Source: an uncultured Thermoplasmata archaeon
GTDB lineage: Archaea; Thermoplasmatota; Thermoplasmata; Lutacidiplasmatales; UBA184
Direction of reading: 5' to 3'
Length of the DNA stretch: 64,000 bases
Assembly: GCA_963749195.1 (NCBI GenBank)
Contig: CAVVLX010000006.1
Location: 862,722-926,721, forward strand
Made by a program: the position numbers and the translations under genes. How positions within the stretch are numbered: position 1 is the stretch's first letter; every line of letters starts with the position of its first letter. The notes under the pieces are model-generated. The model did no database searches and was not told the DNA's origin. It was given only the letters and a program-made list of their open reading frames with translations. This document shows, piece by piece, positions 19,150-30,400 of the stretch.

Positions 19150-21602
19150 CTACCCAACTCGGACTCGGAGGCGGTCGCCCAGCTGCCGAAAATCTGCCCA
19201 CCACGCGCGGGCGGTTTCGTCCCCTCCCGCCGAGGCCATCTGGAGGGTGCCGAGGGGGCGGTGGAGCAGCTCATAGTACCGGTTTTGCACTCGAGAGAGG
19301 TCGACGTCCATGGCCGCGTCGTCCAGCAAGCCCGTGAGATCATTCAAAAGATGGAGCGTCGCCACCTCGTTGGGATGAGCCGCGAGCTTGTCAATCAGCC
19401 GCTCCGCCGCCCGTGACCAGGCGAATCCCAACGCGCGGGCATCGGGGGGAAGGCGCATGCGCGCGAGCTCCGCGAGCCAACTGGCCGCCTGGGCCGGCTC
19501 CGGCGGGTCTCGCTCCAGCGCGTGCTGCGCTTCGAGGTTCAAGAAGAACTCGGTGACGGCCCGAAGGGATCGGGGAGCCGGAGAATTGGAGTATCCGAGG
19601 TAGCGAAGGGCGGGCGCCGTGGCCTCGTAGATCTGGCGGAACGAGTTCTCGACACCGAGGCGCGTTGCCTCCAACATTCGCCCGATGATGCGTCGCTGCT
19701 CGTCCCCGAAGAGGTACCGGAGGGAGTACGTCCCGTACCGAAATGCTGATCGACGAGTCGGATGGATTCGGCGATATCGCCTCGCTCAAACGCAGCGACC
19801 AGGGCCCCGATACTCGCCGCGTACGCCTCGTTTCCCTGGAACGGACGCACGCCCCCGTAGAGATTGTACCCCCCGATATGGAGCGCGCCGTAGGTAAAGT
19901 GCCCTCGCTCGCGCGTTAGCTCCGAGACGACCGAGGCCTGGCCGACGGCGAGCCGCGCCGAACCGACGACGTGCAGCTCCCGTTCGAGCCGCTCGACGGT
20001 GTAGCAGAAGAGTCGGGCTCGTTCGTCATATTCTTCGAACAGCGAGCTCAACGCGTAGTGAACGCAAACCCCCTGCAGGTCCACGCGATTGGACGCGACG
20101 GATCGTTCATAGATCGCCGCGCCATCTCCATCCGTGGGAACGTTTCCGTGGGCGACGGCGAGCCGACGTTTGAACTCGGTCTCGAAACTTTCCCCGAAGA
20201 GACGTTCGGCTAGTTGGACCGCCCGACTTGCGTACCGAAGCACCTGGACGGTTTCGATCCCGCCCAGGTCATCGAAGAACCAACCGCAGCTCGTGTACAT
20301 TTGCTGGAGATGGCGCTGCAGCTCGAGCAGTTCGAGTACGGTCACGACCTCGGATTCGAGAAGCGGGCGACGCCGGTGTTCGGCGAGAAATCGTTCGACG
20401 CGTTCGCGAGTTCGCTCGCCGACGACTTCCACATAATCGTCCCTCGCCTGCCAAGGGTCCGTCAGGAATTCCGCAAGCCGCGCTTCGTACTTCGGGTTCA
20501 AGGAGTCGCGCAGCCAATCGAGCGTCCCGCGCAGTGGAGTCCGCCACTCCTGTTGCCAGCCGGGATGGATGAGGGAATTGCAGCCGCAGTTGGACCGCCA
20601 CCGTTCGACGCCGTGCGCACAGCTCCACGAGGTGTTCTCTTTGATCTCCGCCTCCCACTCAGCGGGGTGACGATTGAGGAACTCGCCGTAATTCGTGAGC
20701 TTCGCCGCCCCGTCATGCTCGATTTTCTGGAGGGCAAAGGCAAGCGCCATATCGCCGAGGCGATGATGATGGCCATACGTCTCGCCATCGGTGGCGATGT
20801 GGCTCAGTTGACCTTCCTCGGGTGGAAGGTCGGAGGAAAATCCCCCGAGCAGCCGATCGGCGAATGCTCGACCGTCGTGGAGAAGCCCCTCGAATGCGAG
20901 GGCATGCGACGTCGGTCCGTCGTAAAAGAATACGGCGATCGAGCGATCCCCCGGAGGAACGCGGACGTCGTAGGCGCGAGTGGTCGGGATCGCTGAGGAA
21001 TCGGTGGTGATCCACTCGACCGATCCTCGACGGCGGTAGCGGAGCGCCTGATTCGGCGCCAGGATCGTGAATCGGATCCCCTCGTCGACGAGCAGCCCGA
21101 GCGTCTCGTTGTCCACCGCCGTTTCCGGGAGCCACATTCCCTCGGGCGCTCGTCCGAAGCGGCGTTGGAAATCTCGAACGCCCCAGCGGATTTGCGTACG
21201 CCGATCGCGACTGTTCGCCAACGGAAGGATCTGATGATGGTACGCCTGCGCGAGCGCGCTTCCGTGGCCGGAGAAGCGTTCTTGACTCTCTCGATCTGCG
21301 TGGAGTATCGCCGCGTAGACCTCAGGGGCTTGGGTTTCGAGCCACCGAAGCAGGGTCGGTCCAAAGTCGAAACTGATCCGGGAGTAGTTGTTCCGGATCT
21401 CGGTAATGAATCCCTCTTTGTCGACCACCCGGGACCACGCGTTGGGTCGGTAACATTCCGCCGTGATCCGTTCGTTCCAATCGTGATACGGCTCCGCCGA
21501 TTCCTGGGTCTCGACCACTTCGAGCCAGGCGTTCTCCCGCGGAGGCTGGTAGAAGTGCCCATGGACACCGATGTAGTGCAACGAATCACCGGCTCCGGTC
21601 AA
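19150..21602 (-). CDS. Glycoside hydrolase family 57 protein with C-terminal DUF3536-type domain; reading frame broken by one nucleotide near 19729-19740
   Basis: ORF 19539-21602 begins HYIGVHGHFYQPPRENAWLE...YHDWNERITAECYRPN (GH57). ORF 19150-19677 (another frame) continues the same family. Its frame, read upstream, gives YGTYSLRYLFGDEQRRIIGRMLEATR, directly after ...VDQHFG of the first ORF. The two parts join into about 817 aa if one nt is restored. Confidence 0.85.
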
Positions 21603-23439
21603 ACACGCCGAAGGAAAACGGGTTCAGTTCGAGCCGTTGCGCGGATCCTGAGTCCACGAGGTCTGGGAGGCGACTCCCCGGTCCTGCCCATCGTCGGTCT
21701 GAAGAATCGAGTCGACGTTGCCACGTACCTTCCGGAAAAGGAAGGAGTTGCGACCCGAGAGTCGTCCCGAAGTGATAGATCACGACGACGGCCGGTCGAG
21801 CCCCCGGCGCCGGGAAGGTGACGACCACGGAGTTCTCGGGGCCCAAGGAACGAATGTCCTCGGGCCGCCATCGGGCACGCGCTCCCAGCGCCCGGCGCAG
21901 CGAGAGCAGGTGGCGATAGAGGTCGAGGAGCTCCCGATGACCGGGTCGTTCCCTACGATCGAAGTCGATGCGGGATCTCTCGAAGGTGGTGAGGGACTGA
22001 GGGTCGGGGATTTTCTCGGGGTTGGGGTGCCCGGGAAACCCCGCGCGCCGTCCTTCGCGGACCCGAATCCCGAGCTGGGGGTCGTGATGGCTCGTAAAGT
22101 ACAGGAACGGGGCCGTTTCTCCGTACTCCTCGCCCATGAAGAGCAGCGGTAGGTAGGGAGAAAGGAGGAGGAACCCGGCGGCGAGCTTGAGCGGTTCGAA
22201 AGGGACGAGGGCGCTCAATCGTTCTCCGAACGGCCGATTCCCGATCTGATCATGGTTTTGGACGCAAACGACGAAGTGATCAGGTCCGAGGTCGCCCGCG
22301 GACGCGCCGTGCCGTCGACCTCGGTATGCCGAATACTGTCCGGTCAACACGAAAGCGTCCCGCAATGCCGCGGGAATCGACTCCGGCGACACAAAGTCCG
22401 CGTAGTACCCATCTCGTTCCCCCGTCACCCGACTGTGGAAGGCGTGGTGGAAGTCGTCGTTCCACAGCGCATCGAATCCAAGCCCGCCGCGAACCCGCGG
22501 GAGCACCACCCGTGGATCGTTGAGGGAGCTTTCCGCAATCATGTGCACGAGTCGCCCTTGCTCCGTGCCGATGGCGTGAATCCTATCGGCGAGTTCGGCC
22601 AGAAACGGTTGGGCGGTAGGGTCGATGATCGCGTGAATCGCATCGACGCGGAGACCGTCAAGGTGCCCCTCCCGCACGAGATACGCGGCGCTTTCGAGAA
22701 AGTATCGGCGGACGTGGTCGCTGCCCGCGCCATCGAAGTTGAGCGCGGCTCCCCAGGGAGTCCGATAGCCCGCGGTGAAATACGGCCCGAACTCCTCCAG
22801 GTGGCTTCCCTCCGGTCCGACGTGATTGTACACGACGTCGACGATCAGGGCGAGCTCGCGCGCATGGCAGGCGTCCGAGAGTTGCTGGAGCCCCGCGATT
22901 CCCCCGTAGGAATGCTGCACGGCAAACGGGAAGACCCCGTCATAGCCCCAGTTGCGCGTTCCGGGGAAGGCCGCGACCGGGAGCAGTTCGATCGCGGAAA
23001 TTCCGAGGTCATGTAACGCATCGAGGCGATCCGCGACGCCCGCGAACGTTCCGCTCGACGAGAACGTGCCTACGTGGAGCTCGTAGAACACCAGCTGCTC
23101 CCGCGCGATCCCGGCCCATCCGTGGTCCGACCAAACGAACTGCTCGGGGGCAACGATCGCCGAAGGACCCTCCACATCGGCGGGCTGACTTCGGGACGCC
23201 GGATCGGCGCGGAGAGGTCCTCCGTCGAGTCGATAGCCGTATCGACTTCCCGGAGGAACGTCGCCGACGTCGACGCCCACATATCCTTCTCCGAGCGGGG
23301 TCATCGTTGTGCGACGCTTCGCGTCGCCCAAAAGGTCGAGCTCGACGACCTTAGGGGTTGGTGCCCACACGCGAAATCGAACGGTGCGGTCAGAGGTTCG
23401 CGTGGCGCCGAGCGGTTCGGAGAGGTCCAGAGACGTCAC
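21586..23439 (-). CDS. treZ: Malto-oligosyltrehalose trehalohydrolase (TreZ)
   Basis: ORF 21586-23886. VRFRVWAPTPKVVELDL, GISAIELLPVAAFPGTRNWGYDGVFPFAVQHSYGG, VDVVYNHVGPEG, GLRVDAIHAI. GTG 23439 overlaps the glgB stop (GTGA) and gives a family-typical 617 aa. The 149-aa upstream extension overlaps glgB and is Arg-rich. Confidence 0.9.
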   Translation of the reverse strand: MTSLDLSEPLGATRTSDRTVRFRVWAPTPKVVELDLLGDAKRRTTMTPLGEGYVGVDVGDVPPGSRYGYRLDGGPLRADPASRSQPADVEGPSAIVAPEQFVWSDHGWAGIAREQLVFYELHVGTFSSSGTFAGVADRLDALHDLGISAIELLPVAAFPGTRNWGYDGVFPFAVQHSYGGIAGLQQLSDACHARELALIVDVVYNHVGPEGSHLEEFGPYFTAGYRTPWGAALNFDGAGSDHVRRYFLESAAYLVREGHLDGLRVDAIHAIIDPTAQPFLAELADRIHAIGTEQGRLVHMIAESSLNDPRVVLPRVRGGLGFDALWNDDFHHAFHSRVTGERDGYYADFVSPESIPAALRDAFVLTGQYSAYRGRRHGASAGDLGPDHFVVCVQNHDQIGNRPFGERLSALVPFEPLKLAAGFLLLSPYLPLLFMGEEYGETAPFLYFTSHHDPQLGIRVREGRRAGFPGHPNPEKIPDPQSLTTFERSRIDFDRRERPGHRELLDLYRHLLSLRRALGARARWRPEDIRSLGPENSVVVTFPAPGARPAVVVIYHFGTTLGSQLLPFPEGTWQRRLDSSDRRWAGPGSRLPDLVDSGSAQRLELNPFSFGVFDRSR

Positions 23440-25379
23440 CTCCCCGCGCGGAGCAAGAGAGCCCCGAGGGGAGGCAGGTCGAGCACCACGGAATCCGGGA
23501 GTCCGTGCAGTGGCGTAGCGGTCGCCTCGGCGACGCCGGTGCTTCCCGCCCCGCTCCCTCCGAACTCGGTCGCATCGCTGTTGGCGGCGATCGTCCAACT
23601 GCCCTCGATCGGGACTCCGATCCGAAATGCCGCTCGGGGGACTGGGGTGAAATTCAGGACGGCCAGCAAAGCCTCCGAAGCCCCAGATCCACGTCGGAGC
23701 AACGACAGCACGCTCTGTGCCGCGTCCTTCGGCTCGACCCAGGCGAATCCGCTGGGGTCGTAGTCGCGCGCGTACAGTGCGGGGGTCGATCGATAGATTT
23801 CGTTCAATCGTCGAACCCACGCTTGCATACCGGCATGGGGCGCTGACTGCAGCAAGTGCCAGTCGAGGCTCCGGTCGTGCTCCCACTCCCGCTCTTGGCC
23901 GAACTCGTCTCCCATGAACAGCAGCTTCTTCCCGGGCATCACGAACATGTACGCGTACAGCAATCGAAGATTGGCGCGCCGCTGCCAGAAGTCTCCCGGC
24001 ATTTTCCCGAGGAGCGATCCCTTCCCGTAGACGACCTCATCGTGGGAAAGGGGGAGAATGAAGTTCTCGTGGTAGGCATACACCATTCGGAATGTTAGTT
24101 CATCGTGATGCCAGCGCCGATACGCCGGATCCCGACCAAAATACTCGAGCGTATCATGCATCCAACCCATGTCCCACTTGTAGCCGAACCCGAGTCCCCC
24201 CACGGTCGTGGGTCGAGAGACCATCGGCCACGCCGTCGACTCTTCGGCGATCGTCTGCGTGCCGGGAAACTGTCCGTACAGGGATTCGTTCAACCAGCGA
24301 AGAAAGTGGATCGCGTCGAGATTCTCGCGACCCCCTTGTTCGTTCGCCAGCCACGCACCCGGCGCCCGGGAGTAGTCCAGGTAGAGCATCGATGCAACCC
24401 CATCCACTCGAATTCCGTCGCCGTGGTACCGATCCAGCCAGAACGCCGCGCTGCTGCCGAGGAAGCTGCGGACCTCGTGGCGACCGTAGTTGAAGAGAAA
24501 CGTGTTCCAATCCGGATGATATCCCCGCCGGGGGTCCGCATGCTCGAAGAGGTGCGTTCCATCGAAGTACGCGAGTCCGTGCTCGTCACGGGGAAAGTGC
24601 GACGGAACCCAATCGAAGATCACGCCCACGCCCGCTTGATGGAGCGCGTCGACCAGGCCCATCAGTTCCTGGGGCGTGCCGTAGCGTGCGGTCGGGGCGA
24701 ACAAACCGATCGGCTCGTAGCCCCAGGATCCGTAGAAGGGATGTTCCATTAGCGGGAGGAACTCGACATGCGTGAAGCCCATCTCCTGCGCATACTCGAC
24801 CAACTTCGGTGCGGCCTCCCGATAGGTCAGCGATCGATTCTCCTCCTCGGGAACCCGACGCCAGGAACCGAGGTGAACCTCGTAAATCGACACGGGGGCG
24901 TCCAGGCGGAACCGATCGCCCCGCTGCGACATCCATCGGGCGTCGTGCCATTCATAGTCCAGATCCCAGACGACCGAAGCCGTTCCCGGAGGTCGCTCGT
25001 GGAGAAAACCGAAAGGATCAGCCTTGTCCACTCGGAAGCCCGCATAGCGCGATTCGATGTGGTACTTGTAGAGCGCTCCCCGGTGCGCCGACGAGAGCGT
25101 TCCTTGGAAGATTCCCGAACTGCCCTCCTCCCGCAACGAGTCCCGCCGAGGAGTCCACTCGTTGAATTCCCCCACCACGCTCACTCGTTCGGCGTTGGGA
25201 GCCCAGACGGCGAAATGCGTCCCCTGCGACTCCGAGCTTCCCGCCGGATGTGCCCCCATGCGCTCGTACAAGCGCAAATGAGTTCCTTCGTTGAACAGAT
25301 ACACGTCCAGATCGGAGAGCGTCGAAGTGGAAGGTCGCGAGGCGGTGTGAGCGCGCGCTCGCGTCGAGCCTACGGTCAT
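23436..25379 (-). CDS. glgB: 1,4-alpha-glucan branching enzyme (GH13 GlgB)
   Basis: ORF 23436-25643. HFAVWAPNAERVSVVGEFNEW, HPFYGSWGYEPIGLFAPTARYGTPQE, VIFDWVPSHFPRDEHGL, GIRVDGVASMLY, IAEESTAWP. ATG 25379 overlaps the malQ stop (ATGA). Confidence 0.92.
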   Translation of the reverse strand: MTVGSTRARAHTASRPSTSTLSDLDVYLFNEGTHLRLYERMGAHPAGSSESQGTHFAVWAPNAERVSVVGEFNEWTPRRDSLREEGSSGIFQGTLSSAHRGALYKYHIESRYAGFRVDKADPFGFLHERPPGTASVVWDLDYEWHDARWMSQRGDRFRLDAPVSIYEVHLGSWRRVPEEENRSLTYREAAPKLVEYAQEMGFTHVEFLPLMEHPFYGSWGYEPIGLFAPTARYGTPQELMGLVDALHQAGVGVIFDWVPSHFPRDEHGLAYFDGTHLFEHADPRRGYHPDWNTFLFNYGRHEVRSFLGSSAAFWLDRYHGDGIRVDGVASMLYLDYSRAPGAWLANEQGGRENLDAIHFLRWLNESLYGQFPGTQTIAEESTAWPMVSRPTTVGGLGFGYKWDMGWMHDTLEYFGRDPAYRRWHHDELTFRMVYAYHENFILPLSHDEVVYGKGSLLGKMPGDFWQRRANLRLLYAYMFVMPGKKLLFMGDEFGQEREWEHDRSLDWHLLQSAPHAGMQAWVRRLNEIYRSTPALYARDYDPSGFAWVEPKDAAQSVLSLLRRGSGASEALLAVLNFTPVPRAAFRIGVPIEGSWTIAANSDATEFGGSGAGSTGVAEATATPLHGLPDSVVLDLPPLGALLLRAGR

Positions 25380-27400
25380 GATGCTTCCTTTCCTCGGCGG
25401 AGTGAGTCGACCCTGCGAAGAGTTTCCAGGGTTGGAGGATCCTTTTCGAAGTCTCCCCATTCGGTACGCATTCGACGGGCGAAGTTCCGCCGACGGCGGC
25501 CGGCGTATCCCGGAACATTCTGCGGAACGGTCGACCCCTCGAGATCTTCCACGTTCACGAGTACGATACGGGCCGGGGAATCGGCGAGCGCGACGAGCGC
25601 GTTCCGATACGCTTCCCGGGCCGATGCGCTGGGGGCGAGCCAAGGTCCCTTCTCCTGGTCAGCTGTCGCGTCGCGGGTTCTCTCGCGACGATCTTTCCAG
25701 TAGGCCGCAAAGGGAAGCATGTCGTGGGTGTTCATGGACGCGAGCGAGTCTCGAGGGACTCGGCGGAACCGTCCCTCCGGCCCCGGCGCGTCCCACTCCA
25801 GTTGCGCCACGAACGATCGGAGTAGTCCGTGGGTGCGGAGTGCGGTGCGGACTTCCGGCGGAACCGTCCCCAGATCTTCCCCGATGAGGGCGGCGTGGGC
25901 GCGCGACGCCTCGATCAACAGGATCGCGTAGAATTCTTCGGAGTGGTATCGAACATACGCCCCATCCCGAGCCGAGAAGCCCGCGGGGACCCAGAAGAGA
26001 CGGTGGAATCCCATAACATGGTCGATCCGGAGGTATCGGCCCATCGCTAAGTGCGCCCGCAAGGCTGCGCGGTACGATCGATAAGCTTGCTCGCGAATCC
26101 GTACGGGATGTGGCGGAGGCAGGCCCCATTGCTGCCCATCGGGAGCCCCGGGGTCGGGCGGAGAACCGATCTCGGCCCCCGGGACGTAGGCTTCCGGGTC
26201 CTCGAACACATCGAACCCTGCGGGGTGCACGCCGATGGGTAGATCCAGATAGAGCTCGACTCCCAGCCCCTGACCTTCCGCTACGACGCGGCGGAGTTGA
26301 CGATGAGCGACCCACTGGACGTAGCGGTGATACAGCGCGTGCGTGGGGCTCGATGCTCGTCCGTCGGCGGATTGGTCCCCCGAGCGCGCGTACTCCCCTT
26401 CGCGGGACGGCCGTTCTGCCCGAGCGCGAAATCGGGCATATCGGTCGAGCGCCGTCGCTCGAGCGGCAAATCGATGGAACGACGCCCGCCGGCGACTAGG
26501 GGACGCCTCGAGATCGCGCGCCATTTGAGTGAACACCCGGCGACGGAGCCGGGCCACGGCTCGGAAATCGATCACGGTCCGGCGCTCGAGTCGCGCGACG
26601 TCTTTTCGGAATGAGGGAGAATGAACGAGCGTTCGAACCCGTCGGCTATGGTGAAATTCGGGTTCGACGGTCGGGTCGGCATAGACCTCGTTCCAGAAGC
26701 GACGGCTCACCGGACGGTACGGGCTCGGGTCGTAAGGATGGTCGAGAAAGCTCGAGAGCATCGGAAGCGCTCCGACCAGGGACGCGCCGCGATGGCCCGC
26801 CCATCGGACGACTCGTCGTAGCGCGGAGAGATCCCCGCAGCCCCAATTACCCGGCGAACGAAGAGCGTATGTGGGGACGAAGATCCCCCACGACCTTTTC
26901 GAAACAGAGGGGGGGGCGAGCGCGCTCGGCGCGACGAAAAGAGTGGTCGTGACGTGCCAGCGATCGGCGTTCAGTTCGAGCAAGTGGTATCCGATCGGGA
27001 GACGGAACGGGAGGTGCAGCGACCGTCGGGCCCTTCCCCGAGGGCCGCTTCCCGTTCGGACGGACAGGTCCGCCCGACCCTTTCGGCCATCTTCTCGAGT
27101 CAACAGGGCGGTCACCGTCGTCCCCTCCCGGTGGTCGTCGGGGAGGTTGAGCACGAGCCGATGTTCGAGGTTCGGGTGCAGGACGCAGACCGGCGGCACG
27201 ATCGGCGGGGGAGCAGAATCGGCCCGGAGGACTTCCGGCGCATCTTGCGGCCGATCAATCGGAACCCCGAGCAGCCGCAACACGGCACAAAGGGCGGCCC
27301 CGGCAACCGAGCGACGGTGGCCGCCGGTGTCGATGTACACCGGTAGAACTCCATGCTGTTCGGCGAGTTGTGCGAGAGCCCGGGGGCGGTGCCGGGTCAT
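25376..27400 (-). CDS. malQ: 4-alpha-glucanotransferase (amylomaltase, GH77 MalQ), long-N-terminus type
   Basis: WGIFVPTYALRSPGNWGCGDLSALRRVVRWAG, IDHVMGFHRLFWVP, IGEDLGTVPPEV, NTHDMLPFAAYW. 674 aa. Confidence 0.92.
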   Translation of the reverse strand: MTRHRPRALAQLAEQHGVLPVYIDTGGHRRSVAGAALCAVLRLLGVPIDRPQDAPEVLRADSAPPPIVPPVCVLHPNLEHRLVLNLPDDHREGTTVTALLTREDGRKGRADLSVRTGSGPRGRARRSLHLPFRLPIGYHLLELNADRWHVTTTLFVAPSALAPPSVSKRSWGIFVPTYALRSPGNWGCGDLSALRRVVRWAGHRGASLVGALPMLSSFLDHPYDPSPYRPVSRRFWNEVYADPTVEPEFHHSRRVRTLVHSPSFRKDVARLERRTVIDFRAVARLRRRVFTQMARDLEASPSRRRASFHRFAARATALDRYARFRARAERPSREGEYARSGDQSADGRASSPTHALYHRYVQWVAHRQLRRVVAEGQGLGVELYLDLPIGVHPAGFDVFEDPEAYVPGAEIGSPPDPGAPDGQQWGLPPPHPVRIREQAYRSYRAALRAHLAMGRYLRIDHVMGFHRLFWVPAGFSARDGAYVRYHSEEFYAILLIEASRAHAALIGEDLGTVPPEVRTALRTHGLLRSFVAQLEWDAPGPEGRFRRVPRDSLASMNTHDMLPFAAYWKDRRERTRDATADQEKGPWLAPSASAREAYRNALVALADSPARIVLVNVEDLEGSTVPQNVPGYAGRRRRNFARRMRTEWGDFEKDPPTLETLRRVDSLRRGKEAS

Positions 27401-30400
27401 GGCGTCGGCCTGGCCGGACCGAGGATGTAATCGATCCCTCGAAGGGGAACCTCGACCCAGTCTGGGCGGTTCTGGAACTCGTACGCGAGTTCGTAAACCA
27501 CTTTCTCCGCCACGTAGGCTTCGAGCAACAGGTCAAACTCCGCGCGCTCCTTGGGTAGGAACGTGCAGTCCGCCGTTGCGGCACGATATGAACGCAGGTA
27601 CTCCGCACAGACCCATTGGACCCACAAGCGCGCGGCGGGAGCGAGTTCGGAACGCGCGCCGGCGGCGGCCGGGGACGGAACGACGAGCTGCCGCAGGGCG
27701 GCGTTCGCGGCATAATCGAACGACCGGAGCATCCCCGCGACGTCGCGGAGCGGCGAGCGCTTGATCCGACGCTCGCTCACGGGGCGAGAAGGTTCGCCCT
27801 CGAAATCAATGATGATGAACTCCTTCCCGGTCCAGAGGACTTGTCCCAGGTGGAAATCCCCATGGATCCGCGTTCGCTTCGCCGACAGTCGCCGGCCGAG
27901 CAGGGCGCGAAACCGAGCGTCGACCTCCGCTTCGCGAGGCAGGACGCTATCGGCGAGGGTCGCCACCAGACCGGTGAGCGACGACCGATGCTCGCGCAGG
28001 ATCTCGAACGCTTGACGGCGATACGACTGCATCGTTTGATAGATCGAGCGGACATAGAGCGGATCGAAGGGTTCGGGCGCGAACGCGGGATCGACTGAAT
28101 CGCCGGCGAGGGCGCGATGCAGCTCTGCCGTCCGTTGGCCCAAGAGGCGGGCCAATTCGAGATACGGACCGATCAGATCGGCCACCTCCGAGGGCGGCGC
28201 CCCCGAACGGATCTCAAAGCGAGTGGCGGCCCCGTCCGGAAGGGGCCGGCCCGCGGGAAAGCGCGCTCGAACGCGGTCGAAGTAGGCCGACAGATTTCGA
28301 AGCGTCATATCCCACGCGTCGCCCTCATTGGCGACAAATCGATGGACGGTGACGAGCGTCTCCTCCGATCCATGCTCGGGGATCAGTTCGAGCGTCCCGG
28401 CGAGGGCCGCGGTATGCGGAAATCGGTTCCCCGTGGTCAGAAATCGCCCGATCTCGGCCTCGGGGTTGATCCCCGATTCGATCGTGCGGAACAACTTGAC
28501 GATGTATCGGTCCCCAACCCGCGCCGACGAATTCGATTGTTCGACGCGCACGGGCTCCACCGGCAGAGCCAGGTCCTCGAGGAGCGTCTCCCGGTGAAAG
28601 GCGTCGGTGTGGAGGGCGACCAATTCCCCTGCCGACGAATGCTGGCGGGTGCCGTGGGCCATGTGCTCGAGGAGCGCTCGGACGAAGACGGGCTCCTGCG
28701 CCGCATCGTAGAGCACGCTCTTTCCCTCCGGGCCCCCGGGGGCAAAGATGGCCAGCACCGAGGCGGGTGCGGTCTTGAGGATCTCTTCGCCGCGAGGCCC
28801 GTCGGCGAAACCGAGGGGGAGAAGGTACCGCTGGGGATCGCCCGTCGCAAACTCGACCTCCACGACGACGAGTTGGAACGACGCTTCGCCATGGCCCATC
28901 GGGGTCTCCTGACGCCAGTGGACGGCGGTCGGCGTCTGTCCCTTCCCTCGAAACCAGCGCCGTCCCCAGATGAATCCCGGGAGCGCCGCCTGGAGCTTCG
29001 CTCGAACGTCATAATGTTCCACCGTCTCCCAGCCCGGTGGCTCGGCGACCTCGAGCGGCTGCCAGCGTGTGGTCGGCGCCAGGCCGTTTCCGGGGGCCGT
29101 TCGCTCGAGACGGAACCAGAGAAAGTCGTACGGCCCGAGGGAGAGTCGGTAGGGGGACGCTTCGATCTTCGGGAAGACCGTCAACCCCGCCAATTCGACC
29201 GGGACCGCACCCTCATAGGCGCGCAAATCGAGTTCCACGCTTTGCGCGAACCGAGAGAGATTCGCCACAACGAGCACGTTCTGGGTTCCGTCCGTCCGTA
29301 TGTAGGCGAGCGTCCGCGCGTTCTCGGGCCGCAGAAAAATGATCGAACCGCGACCGAAGACTCGGTTCTGCTTGCGGAGCGCGATCAGTCGTTTCGTGTG
29401 CCAGAGCAAGGAACGCGGATTGGCCTGTTGAATCTCGACGTTCACGGCTTCGAAGTGATATTCGGGATCGACGATCACGGGGAGATACAGGCTCTGCGGG
29501 TTCGCCCGGGAGAAGCCCGCATTCCGGTCGGAGCTCCACTGCATGGGGCTCCGAACGCCGTTCCGGTCGCCGAGGAAGATGTTGTCCCCCATGCCGATTT
29601 CGTCCCCATAGTAGAGGACCGGGGTTCCTGGAAGCGAAAGGAGGAGGCCGTTCATCAGCTCGATCAGCCGCCGGTCGTTGTTGAGCAACGGAGCAAGACG
29701 ACGGCGGATCCCGAGATTGACTCGCGCTCGGGGATCGGCTGCGTAGACGCGATACATGTAATCGCGCTCCTCGTCCGAGACCATTTCGAGCGTGAGCTCG
29801 TCGTGGTTCCGTAGAAAGAGCACCCATTGAGCGTCCGCCGGGATCGCCGGAGTCTGTTCCAAGATGTCGACTATCGGAAAACGGCTCTCGGTTCGGGTCG
29901 CCATGAAGAGTCGAGGCATCAGTGGAAAGTGGAACGCGGTGTGGCATTCGTCGCCTCGGCCGGTCCCAAAGTATTGGGCGGCGTCTTCTGGCCACTGGTT
30001 CGCCTCGGCGAGCAGCATTCGACCGGTGAATTTCGAGTCGATGTGCGCGCGCAGCTTTTTCAGAAAGGCGTGGGTTTCGGGAAGGTTCTCGCAGGTCGTG
30101 CCTTCCCGCTTGAAGAGATAGGGCACGGCGTCGAGCCGGAGTCCATCCACCCCCAGGTTCAGCCAGAAGTCGAGGACGTCAAGGACGGAGCGTTGCACCT
30201 CGGGATTGTCGTAGTTTAAGTCCGGTTGATGGAAGTAGAATCGGTGGAAGTAGTACGCGCGCGCGACATCATCCCAGGCCCAATTCGACGTCTCGAAGTC
30301 CTTAAAGATCAGGCGTACGCCGGCGAAGCGGTCGGGCGAATCGCTCCAGATGTAGAAGTCCCGTTCCACCGAGCCGGGGGCCGCGCGTCGCGCGCGTTGG

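Noticed and set aside
23440-23886. N-terminal extensions of ORF-track entries: TreZ 23440-23886, GlgB 25380-25643, PHP 37109-37237, PrsW 48460-48726, LysRS 58365-58460, permease 60658-60831, FAD oxidoreductase 45826-45939, Tag 55254-55478, HAD 33733-33903
   Set aside because: The extensions overlap the upstream gene, are Arg/Pro-rich and precede the family-typical N-termini. Internal ATG/GTG/TTG codons give 4-nt stop/start overlaps instead.
28117-29814. 565-aa plus-strand ORF inside treS-pep2
   Set aside because: Antisense to a gene with unambiguous TreS and maltokinase motifs. Arg-rich, low-complexity translation.
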